From Eledone cirrhosa (taxonomy: Eukaryota), in NCBI GenBank assembly GCA_964016885.1, contig OZ024740.1, positions 367,164,001 through 367,228,000 on the forward strand: DNA of 64,000 nt, written 5' to 3'. The position numbers were made by a program, and so were the translations under genes. Shown piece after piece: positions 12,400-27,435 of the stretch; the stretch's first letter is position 1, and every line of letters begins with the position of its first letter. Below the pieces are notes generated by a model that saw only the letters and a program-made list of their open reading frames with translations, searched no databases and was not told where the DNA came from.

Positions 12400-15240
12400 A
12401 GACCAAACAGAGAGGAATTAATGAATTAACCGGGATCGCTCTCACACACAAATGAAATAACAGTTTAAGAAGATGCATTATAGCTGCATACGTTAAGCAT
12501 CGCTAAATGCCAAAACTAAGTTTAAAGGTGCCTACATTCATGCTGCTCCACTAATAAGTTATAATTATATGATAATTAAACTAAGAATGTTCTACCCAAA
12601 TTAATAAGAAAATAATGACTTGACTACATCTAGAATGAACTTTACAATAAACAAAAACTAAGGCCTAGTGCAATGAGAACTGTTTTACAAAATATCAGAA
12701 TATAAATACAGAAATACAAAAATGGCTAGCAGAAGATAGCGAAAACTTAATGTAAATCGCTGCAAAACACTACCAAAATAAAAACGCTTTTTTGTGCCGC
12801 CGGGGAAGCCAATAAATATAAAATAGAGACCGAAGTAACAGGTTTATGTAAAGAGTAACAAAAAATAAAATAAATTGTAGAAAAACTGCAGATAGAGAAT
12901 GTTATAAAAAAACGGCATCAAAAACAAACATATACATGGAAAAAACTGAACGAAATGAAAATCAATAAACAAAATCTTAACACTTGCTGAGAAACGTACC
13001 ACTAAAGGTTGTGACTGAATGATTTTGTATTGCGAGGCAAAGATATGTAAATCTGTTTCTGTGATATGTCAATTCACACAGACAAGGAGATCAAGGTTAG
13101 TCGTTTGAATACTATTAATAATAACCAAGAAATGAATTGCCTCCTAAGTATCAATCCCAAGATGGCAATATATAAAAAAAGAGAATGCGGAGACTGAAAA
13201 CATAAACAATACCTATAATATTCTGTAGCTTGGGAATGACTATAACCATACAGACAAACAAAATCCTACATTCATATTCAACTCACAGAAAGCTGCAAGA
13301 GTAGGTACTGCATGTATGTTACGTAAAGTACATTAAATGGAATATGAAATAAAAACAAAACAAAACACTTCTCTTACTCGAGATACAGTTATGGTCGTGC
13401 AACGAGTAACAGCATGCAGTAAAAGTATGATTTAGAATATATGTTTGCTTAATGGAAGTTGCTTCAACACATATTTTTATTTGTTAGGCAATGCATTAGC
13501 TTATTTTCTGAACGCCACTGAGGTATTTCAAATATAAGTTACGTATTGTTTCAATACTGCCGATTGGTTTACATGTATAAACCTTATAGGTGAATTTTCA
13601 TTCAGAAACATTCATCAAGAAACAACACATGAAAAACAATCGAAATGTACCAGTCGCCGCAAGTTTATAAAAGTTATTCATATTTAGAAGTAAGAAATAG
13701 AAAGTTCGTAAAATATTAAGTGCAAAATATTTAATGACCAGAAATAAATTAACAGGTAACAATAAAATTGATATCAATCTCAATAAAGAACCGGGATGTT
13801 TTCTCCAAAGTCTTTTAAATATAGAATAGTATAAATGAACTCGAAAGGAATATGCTTGCAAACTATGTGTATATTTTACAGCTACACCATGTAGTTAGGA
13901 AATATACGTCGCAATCAATTTGCTACGTTTTTAATTCCCCTACATAACATTTTCAAATGCATTCTACCATAGTCTGTGGTCAATCAAAGCATTGGGAGCA
14001 AAGTTAAGCAGTAGGAAATTGTGTGGAAGCAATTGAATAGAATGTAAATGTTTTTGTTTAAAAAACGACATACGTCTGTGTATTATTACCACCACATAGC
14101 TCCGGGTTACCTTAAACGAAATCCACTATGCTGCAAAAGGTTGGATCAGAATTCTGTTTTGTGGCTATGTCCTCAGTTTCATCCCACCAATCTTGGATGC
14201 TTTGAAAAATGTTATGACTACTGCCCTTCGTTTTTTTATCTAAGCTATATAGAAAGAAAAAAATGATACGGAAATATATCACAACTCCAACGTACGCGTA
14301 TAATATCAGGAGAGGAATCTGCTTTCCAACATACAAGCTAACTTAAGACATTGCACAGTTAAAGCTACAAAGCTATCGAACATGGAAATAACTAATGTCA
14401 AATTGCATAATGAAAATATAATCAACAAAAATGAAGTATCAAAAATACAATAAAAAACGAAACAAAATATCAAAATAATAAAATTTGAGAACATCAAGTC
14501 AGAATGATAGACGTAATTCTTAGAAACCAAACATGAGAAATAACAAACCACAGCAACACCAAACTTTGCATACTTACAGAATATTGACCAAGAGACACCT
14601 AACCAGAGCTATACAAAAAATGAATTCTGTTGAACAAGAGTAAGATCTAAGGGTAGAAATATCTAAAATTGGAAATTTTAAATATGACAGTAATCTGAGA
14701 CTGGAAATAATGAAAGAATTAAAATCGATAGATCTTTCTTTGAACCAAAGATAAATCTTTACGATAAAATAGCAGCGACAATAAAAAAAGCTTTATTGAG
14801 GCATCATAGACATACTGGAAACATATGTGAACATCAATATCACTTGAATGAATCAACTAATCTATACGGTAAGAAAAGTAGTTAAAAGGAAACTTCTAAT
14901 ATAAAAGATCTAATACCAAACAAAAGCGTGGTAAAACAACTTACATATAAAGACACACAAATAAAAGTTCTCTCAATATTAAGGAGATTGATAGGGAAGA
15001 GTCATACGTATTCTACAATTACAACAGACCCCCACAAAAAGCAACCTCTTACATTTCACATACCCCACACAGCAAATAAAATACTAAAGTAATACCAGAA
15101 GCTAAGACAAAAAAAAAAAAAAAAGCATTAAAGCTGAACGGATGCAAGCGCAACTCTACACCCCCAAAAAGACATGCACCTGATATCAAATAGAAACTCA
15201 CATAAAACTGTACAAAACATGAAGACGATGATGATGGCAA
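12400..15240 (+). mobile_element. Possible highly decayed LINE (L1/Tx1-like) remnant
   Basis: A-rich plus strand with correctly ordered RT-like remnants FSNAF (~13950), LDQNSVL (~14140) and TYAYNI (~14290). Many stop codons. Confidence 0.35.
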
Positions 15241-15247
15241 TAATAAT

Positions 15248-15470
15248 AATGATTTCTACTATAGGCACAAGGCCAGCAATTATTTTAGGGGGAGGAGAAA
15301 GTCGATAAATTTGACCCCAGTGCATTACTGGTACTTTATTTATCGACTCCGTAAGGATGAATGGCAAAGTTAAACTCGGTGGGATTTGAACTCAGAACGA
15401 AAAGGGCCGTAACTCTATGCCTCGAAGCATGTTGTCAGGTGTTCTGACGATACTGCCAATCCACCACCCT
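15248..15470 (-). mobile_element. Nin-domain tRNA SINE (plus a partial copy at 15495-15599)
   Basis: Same conserved blocks as the other copies. Confidence 0.88.
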
Positions 15471-15599
15471 GATAATAATAACAATAATAATAAATCTTTC
15501 TAATTTTGAGACAAGACCTGCAATAACCCAGTGCATTACTGGTACTTTATTTAATCGACCCCGTAAGGATGAAAGCCAAAGTTAACCTTGGTGGGATTT

Positions 15600-18500
15600 A
15601 ATGATGATAATAATAATAAAAATAATAATAATAATGCTTTCTTTATTAACCACAAGGGTTTACATAAAGTAGACATTAAGGACAGTACAGGACAATACAG
15701 GACGGTACAAATGGGAATTTCTGAGTGTAAAATAACAAAAACAGAGGATGTAACAAAAAAAAACAATGAAAAATTCCCCAATAGGGGGGAGACCTCCGAG
15801 GGACATTTGTGGAGAAAGCCCATTAAAAGGCCCCAGTGACCCTGACCACCAGGAAAAGTGCCCTCTCCCAGTTTTCCACCTTTAATTTACAGACACATAC
15901 TCAGAGTAGGCCCATTCACTCGGGCCATACTTGCTTCTCTCACCCATCTTTCAACAAAATGCTGGGAAGAAACCACTTCCCTCTCTACCCTGATTTTCCT
16001 TTTCAAATGAAATTTGAAAAAGTTAATCAGGGCATCACCGAAGAGGTAAGTGCTCGTCTTCAGCCCTTTCAAACGTGTCCACCATACTATCTCTTTCGCC
16101 ATGGCCACCAGACAGATAAAAACTGCCTGCGCTTCCCGGCTAAAGGAAGAGAGCGGGGCAATCCTCACGATGGACTCAGTTGATAGCTGGATCCGTCCTA
16201 CACGCGACAGCAGGTGTTCGACATAAACCCACAAGTCAGCAACGCTCGGACACTGGACGATGCGTGCAGGACGGTTTCGTCGCCATGCGCGCATCTCGGA
16301 CATGCCCGGCTGACGGCACCTCCATGCCTGTAGAGTTTATCCCGAACTGGCAAAGCTCCTCGGTAGCACTGCCAGGCCAGGGATTTCTGGAAGTTGTCCA
16401 TAGTCCCCGGCCCGAAAGTTCTTCCGAAGAGACTGGCTAGTTGATTTTCGTCGACGCCTAGAGTTTCTCCAAGTACGTCGTCGCTCTTTCTCTCCACTAA
16501 TCCTCTATAGAACGCCAAGGTGGAGTCTCCACCGACCACATTGCCCGATTGGTCGAGGGCTGTGAGCGCCTGAAGACATTCCAGTCTCCAAGTGCTCCTT
16601 CCCGGACTTCGCTTGACCCAGGACTGCAGCTCTGTCAAGGAGAAGAGCTGGGGAAAGACGCGTATAGCAAACGGTGACCACACCTGATCACCGTCGAGGA
16701 ATATGTGGAGATGTCGCATCATCAGCCACGGCATGCCGAGCCTCCACGTAGCGGGTGTTGACAGCAGATGGCCCGCCTGACCATCGGAGCGCGTCCCTTC
16801 CACAAAAAGCGAAAGAGCAAACGCTCCAGCGCAGTCAAGCGAGGCTTAGTACAAGGCACGACGGTCAGGCGGTAGTAGATGACGGACGCGATGTACGCGT
16901 TAGCCACCTCCGCTCGACCTTTCAGGGATAGCTTCCTCTCCGCCCATTTCTGGGTGAGAGAAGCCACCCAGCTCGTCACTTCGTCCCAGTTTTTGTACGT
17001 CTGGAGGTCCGGACCGAACCAGAGCCTTAGCAATTTAACCGGTCCGTCCGTTCAGCGCGCGACGACGCTGTTGGACGGTATGGACCTGCCTCTCCAGGTG
17101 CCGCGCTGCAGGCCCACCGACTTTTCTTGGTTGGACATTGCTCCTGTCACCATTTCGTATTCTCTTAGTGTAGTGCCGATCGCCTCGATGTGTTTGGCGT
17201 TCGACACAACTACGGTGACATCGTCCGTATATGCTGACACGGATCTTCCGCATCCTAGTTCGCGCGAGACCCCCTCAACGTCTCCAGTTTGTGCAGTAAT
17301 GGCTTGAGAGTCAAAACGTACAAGAGGGATGAGAGGGGACATTTTTGGCTGACCGAGCGCATGATGTTGAACGGTTCCGGAAGGTGACCGTTCACTCTCA
17401 CCACCGAGCAGATGTCGCTGTGCATGGCAGCGATCCAGCCTCTGATAAGGGGCCCAAAGACAGCCACCCTCAGGACTGCCGCTAGGTAACGATCGTCGAC
17501 CCTATCGAAAGCTTTCGACTGATCTAAATTGATCAATGACCCACCCGTGCCAGGTTCCCTAGCTACCCTCTCCACGATATGTCGCATGAGGTGGAGGTTA
17601 TCGTGGATGGATCTGTCTGGAATGGCGTACGTCTGCGCCTCTCCTAAAAGACCACCAACGACAAGCGCCAACGTCTTTGCTAGCACCTTAGCCAACATCT
17701 TGAACTCTGTGCTTAGCAGAGTTATGGGCGTCAAATTATCTATGTTATCCTCGTTGTTTGGATCTTTTCTCAGCAGCGCCACCGTTCCTTGGCTCACAGA
17801 GCTGGGAATTCTCCCGTTTTGTTGCCACTTGCAGTAGACGTCCGCCAAGAGGCCTGCGAACAAGTCTGGCATCTGTACGTAAAGTTCATAGGGAAGACCA
17901 TCCAAACCAGGAGATTTACCCCTTGTGCAGCCAGTCAATGCCTCCCCTATTTCATCTGCTGTTATCGGCTTTCGCAACACTCCGCTTCAGTGGCCGAGAG
18001 CCGCGGAAGTCCACCAAGGTAGACACTAAAGGCCATCCCTCGATCCGGCCCGCCGCTGCCCCCGAACAGCTGAGCGAAGTGTCGCTGAAAAGCTTCACAC
18101 ATTTTCCCGGGATCGAGTAGCATGCGACCCGTCGTGGTCCACTAAAGACCGGATCGTGGATTTGTTGCCACGACGCGCCGCCGCCACTCGGGCCTATTGA
18201 ACGGCTTTCGACCCCTCGTGTCTAAGAGCAAGCACCCTAGCTCTGACAACGCAGCCTTCGTGCTTTGCATTATTGAAGAATTGGTCAAGGGCCAATTTCG
18301 CCGCAAGTACGTCGGTCGCGATGCCTTTGCTAAGCGCCTCGTCTAATTTTCTAACTAGTTCTCCCTCTGCTCTATTTTTCTCTATTGCTAAAGCGTTACT
18401 AAACCTAATGGACTCTATTCTAATCGCTCTTTTCAGCGCAAACCACCACTTGTTGTTGACGATGGCCCCCGTCAACGCCCGCTTAACTCGTTCGCTAATC

Positions 18501-20340
18501 CGGTCTCTGTAGGCCTTGCGCGCTGGTAATGACGCGTTTAGCTTCTAGTAGCCGGGTCCCTGTCTATGAAGCCTATCTGATCCAATGTGACAGATCACGA
18601 ATTTGTGGTCCGTGTAGTCGACCATTTTGAAATGTGGACATCCTATGCTAGGTCTATCTATTTCCCTACAAAATACCTAGATAGCTAGATATGATATGGA
18701 TGACCCGATGCGGTTTGTCCATGTCCACATTGGCACATACAGCAAATCCAGACGGTACCTGTCAGAGAGTTGAAACCGTCTGAGCAGTTTTGCGGGGCTT
18801 TTACCCTCCTCCCATATCCGCTAATCCCATACAGTCCCAGCGTGCATCTAAGATCCCGTTCTAGTCGCCCACTAACACTAAAGAGCAGGACGTTCCAAGA
18901 AGGTCTCCAGACGCCGAAAGAAATCAGGCCGCCCTTCCACTGTCGGGGCATAGACGGCCACTAGCCTGAAAGCTTGCCCGTCTGCGCTGGTCACGTTCAG
19001 CACCACCAACTTACCTTCTGGGTCCTGGAAGATGGCCCGTATGGCGTGATCCAAACCTCTCCGAAAAAGCACAGCAACTCCTCCCCCCAATCCAGGACGG
19101 CTGGGAGATGCGTACAAATCGTAGCCGCCGAAGATCGGTGCGAAGGCCCGTGCTTCGGAGATTCTGGTCTCGCTGATGGCCACCACATCTATGTTTAGTG
19201 ACCTGAGATCGTTGAGCAGGTGGCCCTGCTTCCATGACGACCCCAGGCCACGCGTATTTATGCTGCTTATTCTGAGTGAGGTCATGTTGAAAAGGAGTGG
19301 AAAAAGATGGGAAAGAGAACTTACCTCACTTCTCGTAGAGGAAGGATGGTTTCTTCATTCTTCTCACTGCTTGTGGCCTCCTCTGGAAGGATGTCCTTAT
19401 AAATCCTCCTGGAGTGTGTTTGTCGGAAGTCTCCGATGTCCTTGGGGAATTTTTATTTTAGTGTCGTGTACATTTTCTGTGTGATTCGAGTGATTTGTAT
19501 GTGTGGAGGGGGTGTGAATTTTTAGGCTGTTGTGTAGTCTTTTTCTGTGATGCTGGTGTAGTGCTGGATGTAGCGTAATAATTGGTTGTTGTTCAAATTT
19601 AATGCTGTGTAGTGTGTATCGTTTTGGTTGTTTTGTTTTGTTTGCGTTTGTTGTGGGTTTGTTTCTGTTTCGCATTTTGGTGATTTTTGTGGTTTGGAGA
19701 TGGTGGTTCTGGGATTAATGATGGCGATGGGTGCTGGTGGTGCTGGGGTTGTTGCTGATACAGTTGCTTCTGTTGTTGCTGTTACAGTTGTTGCTGCCAT
19801 TTCTGCTGCTGGTGGTTTTGATGGTTGAGTCACTGGTGTGGGTAGGAGAGGTGGCCTAAACTGTTTAGCCTAAGGGCAGAAAGCTTTTAGGTGGGTTCCT
19901 TTGCCACAAACGACACACCTAGGCCTTCTACACTCAACAATTACTGTGAGGTGGGTGCGGTCATTGAGCTCTATCACCTCTGGAATTTCATCAATGTGTT
20001 ATTGGTCAATGGCCGGTGGAACGTGGGTCACCCTGATCTTCACGGGTGTCTGACCACAATAGCTTGGGGCGAGTGTGAACTCGTCACTTCTTAATGGGGC
20101 CATGGAGTGCTCTCTGGCTTCCCCTGGGGTTCCAAAGAACACGTCCACAGTCCATATTTCTGCCCACGTCTGATACGGGGTTTTTTCGTCCACACATGTC
20201 TCAAAGCTTTTTGTATCTGGGAATCGGATGCCCGTTTCACTCGGCATGATATTGTGTTTATCGCCCGATATGACACGGTGCATAGGCGCCGATGGTCCAT
20301 TTTATTAGATGGGGGGGTGGGGGTGACCCTGTACCCATCT
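15600..20340 (-). mobile_element. Near-full-length, frameshifted Tx1/L1-clade LINE (ORF1 zinc knuckle, APE endonuclease, RT)
   Basis: ORF1 has KIRVTHVP and CVVCGKGTHLKAFC (CX2CX4HX4C, ~19875-19917). APE: SINTRGL..VAISET..VAVYAP (18878-19285). RT: KSPGLDGLP, LDQSKAFDRV, SAYTDD (17052-17980). C-terminal CPRCAHGDETVLH. (ATT)n tail at ~15600-15635. Confidence 0.92.
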
Positions 20341-20454
20341 TTTTTACCATTCTCTTAGCTTCATTTAATTCATCCTGGCATACCTCGATTGTTTCACTTT
20401 TCTTGGCACATTTTGTTTTGCGCTGGTGTTGATGATATATATGGAATTTGGTGT

Positions 20455-21892
20455 TAATAAGTGTGGAGTCCTAGTGAGGTAAATTGAGCAGAAGCAACGG
20501 AATCCAGGTACCAACACGTGAGATGATAAAGGAAATTGACACTGAAGAGGGATACAAATATTTAGGTGTTCTGGAGGCAGATGACATCAAGAACAAAAAA
20601 ATGAAGGAATTGATAAGATCTGAGTACACAAGGAGAGTAAGGAGCGTATTAAAATCACATCTATATAGTAGGAAATTCATAAGTGCAGTGAATTCCCGAG
20701 CTGTGTCTATTATTAGGTACAGTGCGGGAATTCTGAAATGGAATGTTGCTGAACAAAAAGAAATGGATAGGAAGACTAGGAAGCTATTGACTATCTACAA
20801 CATGTTCCACAAGAGGAGTGATGTCGATAGACTCTACTTAAAGAGATCTAAAGGTGAAAGAGGTCTTATCAGCATAGAGGACTGTGTTCAGATGGAGAAA
20901 AACAACCTGCACAAATATGTGACTGACAGTAGGGAGCCAATGCTAAAAATTGTACTGAAGGAGAAGACAATAGACCAGGGGATGTCCAAGGAGGAAATAA
21001 CAACAAGGAGGAAGGGCAACCTTCATGAAAAATCACTTTATAGTACCTCCTTTAAGAAAACGGAATTTAGAGATCCACAGACATGGAGCTGGTTAAAAAG
21101 AGGAGACCTTAAACAAGCTACAGATGGAATGCTAATGGCTGCGCAAGAGCAAGCCCTCAGAACGAAGTGCGTAAAACACCATATTGACAAGAAGGAGGCT
21201 AGCTCACAGTGTAGGATCTTTGGAGTGAGAGAGAGGAGACTTTTGCTCACATTGTATCCGAGTATAAACACCCAGCCCAGACCCACTATAAAGACTGGAG
21301 ACATGACACGATATGATAGGCAGGGTGATCCACTGGCATCTATGCAAAGTAAACAATTTACCACATTCTCAGAAGTCGTATGAGCATAAGCCAGAGTCGA
21401 TGATAGAAAACGATCAGGTGAAGGTGCTATGGGATTTTAGGATACAGATGCACAAGAAATTAGAACACAATAGGCCTGACCTGGTGGTTTGGGACAAGGA
21501 AAAAAGATCCTGCCTGATTGTAGATGTTGCCTGCCCATTTGACACGAGAGTGCAAGAAAAGGAGAGGGAGAAAATTAACCGATACCAGGATTTAATGTGG
21601 GAGTTAAAAGGGATATGGAAATGCCATGAAATCAAGGTGGTCCCGGTTGTCATAGGCGAATTAGGAACTATCTGAAATGTTTCCAAGGATGGTTAAAGAA
21701 GATTAATCCAGTCCCGCTTTTTAGAATACTTCAAAAGGCATGCTTGCTGGGAACAGCAGGACCCCTCCGATACGTCCTGAATGTCTGAGGCTGAAGGTAG
21801 CGGCTTGATATTCATTTCAACAAACTTTCCAGTTAAATAACATCAATGACTGAGACTCAAAGAATAATAATAATAATGATAATAATAATAAT
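20455..21892 (+). mobile_element. R4/Dong-type RLE LINE, 3' portion
   Basis: YKYLGV, DVDRLYL, AAQEQAL, HNRPDLVVWD..LIVDVACPFD (PD-D/ExK). (TAA)n tail at 21863-21892. Confidence 0.9.
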
Positions 21893-23360
21893 TGTTTCAT
21901 TTATTGAACCCAAGGGCTGTCATGTAAGGGACAATACAAAGACTGGGATAGTGTTATCTTTTTGCATATAACAACATGTAAACGATATAAATAACAATAA
22001 CAAAATAGCAATAAGATAACAAATAACATTCTCCAATAAGGTGTATAACTACCCTATGGCGACCCAGGAACCCGACCAATCCAGAACCACCAGGCGTTTC
22101 GAGGGTCCCGGAGAAGAGCACCCTCTCCTTTTGAAATTAACCAACCTACAGGCGCATGTTCAGAGGGCCATTCCTACCACATTCAACCAGCTTTTAGCAA
22201 ATGTACTGGCGGACACTTATCTCTCCACCCTCACTTTCCTTTCCAAGTGAAATTTGAAAAAGTTGATAAGGGTTTGGCCGAAGAGAAAATTGTCTGTCTT
22301 CAGTCCTTTCAACCTGGTCCACCACACAGCTTCTTTCGTTATGGCCACCAGACAGAGGAAAACTGTCTGCCTTCCCGGCCAAAGGAAGGCGGTGGGGTGA
22401 CTTTCACTATGGACTCGGTTGATAGCCGGATCTGTCCTACACGCGACAACAGTCATGCAACATAGCTGCAGCAGTCAGTAATACACAGACACTGGACGCG
22501 CGCTTTCGTTGTTTTGCGCGCATCTCGGGCAGGACCGTCTGACAACACTTCGGTGCTTATAAAGATTATCTCGAACCGACAGCGCCCACCGGTAGCACTG
22601 ATAAGCGAGGGTTTCTGGAAGTTATCCATAGTCTCTGGCTTGTCCTCCGGAACAGACTTTTCAATTCGACTTCATCGACGCCCAGAGTCTCTCCGAGTGC
22701 GTCGTCGCACTTGCCACCACAAATTCTCTATAGAACTGGAGAGTGGAAATTCCACTGACGCATTGCCTCCTTGGCAAAATTCCAGATGCCTGCCGCCCAG
22801 TCGTGGTTCCTTCTTGACCCAAGGCTGCAGCTCAGTCAAAGAGACGAGCTGTGGAAAGGGCTGTTCACCGTTTCAGTAGAATATCTGGAGATGCCGCAGC
22901 TTCAGGGCATGTTAGCACATTATTAACCATGGCCTGCCTAGTTCCAAGCGTAGAGGATGCTGGTGGCAGATGGATCGCCTGACTAACGGAACCTGACCCT
23001 TCCACAAGAAGTTGAAGAGGAGCCATTCCAATTTGGTGAGGCACAAAAGGGAGCAAGTTGTGACGGTAAGGTGGTAGTAGATTACGGACAGCTTCTGCTC
23101 AGCATATTTCTGGATGGAACTGCATACCTTGTTCGTAACCCGACGTGGCTATTGGACGGAATGGACTTGCCTCTATACGCGTCGAGCTGCAAGCCCACCG
23201 ACTTTTCCGGGTTTAGTTTTGTTCGCATCAAACTTTCATATTCTTTCAAGAAGGTGCCGATCACCTCGATTTCCGATGGGTTCAACACCTTCAAAGTGAT
23301 GCCGTCCGCATATGCACATTTTTCAGTGAGATAGGCTACCTTGCTCGTGAAGCGTCACGT
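21893..23360 (-). mobile_element. Second, 5'-truncated decayed Tx1-type LINE
   Basis: Homologous to 15640-17240 (KEAVWWTRLKGLK, FFKFHLERKVRVER, EKSVGLQL). Confidence 0.85.
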
Positions 23361-23949
23361 CTACAAAAGGGGAAAGAACATATGTTCTAGTCAGGTCAGG
23401 CGTAAATTGTGGAAATAAACGGTGTTCTTATTGTTATACGTGACGGAGGTGATGTTGGTGTTCATTACTTTTGGCTGTGAATGGCTACTCTGTTCGTCAC
23501 CTGGCCCTAAATCCTCTCCGCTTTTAGAGCTTGACCAAACCAAATCCAAAATATTTAACTACACATTCTCTCCATTGCCCCATGACGCTTTTGGATGGTA
23601 TGGATCTGATTCTCCAGTTGTTACGCGATTAGTCCATCTGGTTAATGTTCAATCCTATTATAACTTTGTACTCTTTTAAAGTGGTGCGTGCCTATCACCT
23701 TAATGCGCTACGGTGTCGTCGTCCGCATATTCCGACAAGGAACTTCTGTTCTTTTAGGTATTAAATATATATCATGTTTTTTTTTTATCGATTTCAAACA
23801 CACATACAAACTCATCTTCGAATATTCGCTTGACGGCGGTACAAACAATATTCTCAAACTCATATCCCCACAATCGGATGTCAACCCATATTTTCTACCA
23901 ACAATATTATTTAGTTATAATTGTGATCATTAGTTCAAGGAGTGACAAC

Positions 23950-26060
23950 CATACCTGGCACAAGTCCCGAACTTAGCCAGCCGTTCCTGAGAGCAACTGG
24001 CATGGGCCTCTTCTCCAGAAGACACAGTAAGGATAGTCACACTAAGTAGTGATTAAATAACTAAAAAAAATATGTAAAATGTAAGGAATACATGTTATGA
24101 GTGAAGAACGGAGGCAGAGAGTGACAGCAAGGGAGGCTAAGATAAAACTATACTAGACGCAAATAGAATTTCAGTAGTAGAGAATACCCAGAAGAGATTC
24201 TTTGAGACACTGAAGCGTTGTACTACGATATGACAGTTAACTATCAGGCTCAAAGTAAATCAACGAGATTTGGCGTAATATATGTAGCGAAGAAGTTAGT
24301 CATAATGAGGTGTTGTGGATAGAAGAAGTAGCAAAAGAACTGAGTCAATTAAGTCAGTATGTTGCTATATAATAATAACTCCGGAGCTCATTACAAAACA
24401 AGTTGAAAAACTACTTAATTGGAGTATACCTGGATCTGCAGGTTTTCTGCCTGAAGAACATTAAAACATTGAATTGGAAGACTAAGGGCAAAAACCCAAT
24501 CATCACTAATTGAAAGACGCCGAGGTCTCAAAATGCAAAAAAATAACTTATTCCCCTTACTATAGAACCTATTAACAAGTCTTTGCAAAAGGTAGGTATG
24601 CATACACCTTAATCAACATAAAGAATGTCGGAGACATTGAAACGAGACAAAGTACAAGCTGTTAATTGAGACATGACAATAAGAAATTGCAAGAGAAGAA
24701 AAAGTACGTTCGGAGTAGGGTGGACCGATTAAAAGAATACTAAAGATATGATCCCTCGGACTTAGATTTTGAAGACAGTCAGATTGTTCAGTGTTGCAGA
24801 TAACATTTCAGAACTGATAAAATTAAGCATGGTAGAGAACGCAACTAACAGCAGGAGAATGTCACTTTGAGGAGTCAAAATAGTCCGAGGATTTTCTAAG
24901 GTGACGCCTACGTTTTATTATGCGCCTCATCCTTCTTTCTAATGAAAGGCACAAGCAATGAGAGTGACAGAATGAACCTGAGAAATTGACACATATGATG
25001 AATGCAAATCCTGAGGCGGTTTTGAAAGTTTATGAATTAATGGAAATCAAAATCAGTCGAGAGTTCCTGCGAAGAGTAAGGCGAATGTTGAAATCCAAGC
25101 TCAAGTTAGTTAATAGAATCAACGCTCTGAACCAAATAGCAGTATCTATCATCAAAGATAGCACAGAAATAAGAAAATTGAAATAATTTCGCAAGTTCGA
25201 TAGAAAACAAGGAAGATATCGACAAGCTATATGTTAGCAGAAAAGATGATGCACAAAGAATAATAAGCATCGAGGCCTGTGTGATGACAGTAGAAGAGAA
25301 CCCGAGGAAGTATGGTGCTGATAATAAAATAGTGCTCAAAACCTGGAAGCACCAAAAGAGAAGAAAAGTTTAGACGGAAAGGTTTTTCCAAAATATTTAA
25401 AGGCATCGAGATGAGACGTAATTCCGATGGCTAAAGAAGGGAGATATGAAAAGAGGTAGAGCGTTTAATATTTGTTATGCAGGATCAGGCAATCAAAACG
25501 AGATATCTCCGAAAGAATATAGATAAGGAAGACATCCCGTTTAGAATGGGGTGTGAAAGACAGTGGTGCATATGGTCTTTGAATGTAATATGTTTGCTCG
25601 AGAATATTTTTAGAACTGAAGACACGACAAAGTTGCCACTATTTTTACACTGGTGAATGTGTGGAAAGATTGAATTTGAAGTTGCAAAGAAGTATGACCA
25701 CAAACCAGATGGTGTGTTTGAAAGCAAAATCATGCCAGAGCATGAAGACTCAAATGTAGCTTTCACGCCCAGATACTCAATAAAAATGAAAGAGTGTGTT
25801 GGTTAATCAATGATGTTTACTCATTTGATACTTGACAAAATCATAAGAACAAAATCATAAGAAAATGTGGAAAATAGCCGAAATGCGGTTATTCTCATAA
25901 TTGTAATAGGTGACTTAAGGACATGGCTAAAAGTTTGAAGAGTTAGTTTAAAATGGTGGATATCGATGTGAATTTCCAGACTGTAGAGAATATTTGTCTT
26001 CTTAGCACAGTACGAACCATACAAGGTTAGTAGATACTTAAAGCTGCAGAAGAGAGTTTG
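23950..26060 (+). mobile_element. Highly decayed R4/Dong-type LINE
   Basis: Remnants EFLRRVRRMLKSKL..INALNQIAVSII, DIDKLYV, QDQAIKT and YDHKPD are collinear with 20484-21675. Confidence 0.7.
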
Positions 26061-26942
26061 ATATATTTTAATCTATTTAATTAGAAAGAACAGTAAACAA
26101 CAGTATTTCCTTCAAACTACAAACGAATATTTAAAAAAAAGAAGACCCCCACATTGGAGGTATATTTCCTTAAATTCTGTATGAATATATTTCCCCTGCT
26201 ATGTAGAATATGATTTGCTGAGGAGATCTAATAAAATCAAATATGTCCAATGCTTTCTTATGTTAGCTTTGAAGACTAGATCTAATCTTCATTACGGTGG
26301 AAATCTCAAACGTTCGATAAACTAGTTTTATTGGAGTTATATTCCTTGATTTTTTTCTTTTTGTTTGCTTTTAAAAACCTTTAGACGGATATTTGCTTTA
26401 TTTGCTTTGATAATGTCGGTTGATAAAAGTATTTTCAAATCACTATATGACATATGCTAGACTCCTCTGTGTTTGTAGTTAGTATGCTGCACGTTCACAT
26501 GGCGCATTTTCGTTCGTCTAACTAACAACAGACAATAAACATCATACACAACAAACAACAACTTTTACAACACAGACACAAATGAGAAGGAGCATTGTTA
26601 GAGAAAACAAAACCTCTCTACTACCACAATAATCAGCATATCAAACTGCATTCTTATGATACTGAATAAACGAAACGCAGCAAACAGAAAAAAAATAGAC
26701 ATCTACTTACATGTATAGAGGGTAAAATTGAGATATTGATTTCAACGATAAATGTCATACGGAAACAAACAAAATGTCGAATGTCGCTCTGAAAATACAC
26801 GCCAGTGCCCCGGTAAAGCTGCAGAAATACATAGACGTAGATGTAAGGCATAAAACATAAAACTAAAGAAACAGATGCACATACACAGACAGACACACTG
26901 GCGTAAACACACTCAGAGATATACACATATAAATATACACAC

Positions 26943-26986
<44 letters not shown>

Positions 26987-27073
26987 TTTCGCACACACAC
27001 CTCCACACACTTCCACCAGGCGTGAACCGAATATAACTGTGTAAAATTACCTCCCGTGTTTTGTTTGTTTATC

Positions 27074-27104
<31 letters not shown>

Positions 27105-27345
27105 ATATATATATTTAGAAACACACAGATACATGCGGACACACACATATACATGAATGCATCCACACCCAACCGTGAGTTAAGGGTGCCAACCTCACCG
27201 ATGTTGCTCAATGAATGACTGGGACAGACCAATCCGGTTGAACTAGACTGAACCAGTATCAGAGTTAAAAATACATTATGAAGAGAGAAGAAACATTTAG
27301 ATATAATTAGTAATAAAATATATCATACCCAAACTGCTCCTAGAT

Positions 27346-27435
27346 TCCTCGACTACGTAGTTTCGTGGCATAAACAAAAACAATACATCATAAAGATATA
27401 GAGTCCCTGCGAGGTCTGCCGACTTATCAAGAGGA
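27346..27435 (-). ncRNA. Type-I hammerhead ribozyme, U3-A8 variant (mirror copy)
   Basis: Reverse complement of 27940-28029. Confidence 0.8.

Noticed and set aside
26215-26250. TTG-CTGAGGA-GAT..ATC-AAATATGTC-CAA
   Set aside because: The catalytic G12 is missing and the stems are only 3 bp. A likely dead relic.
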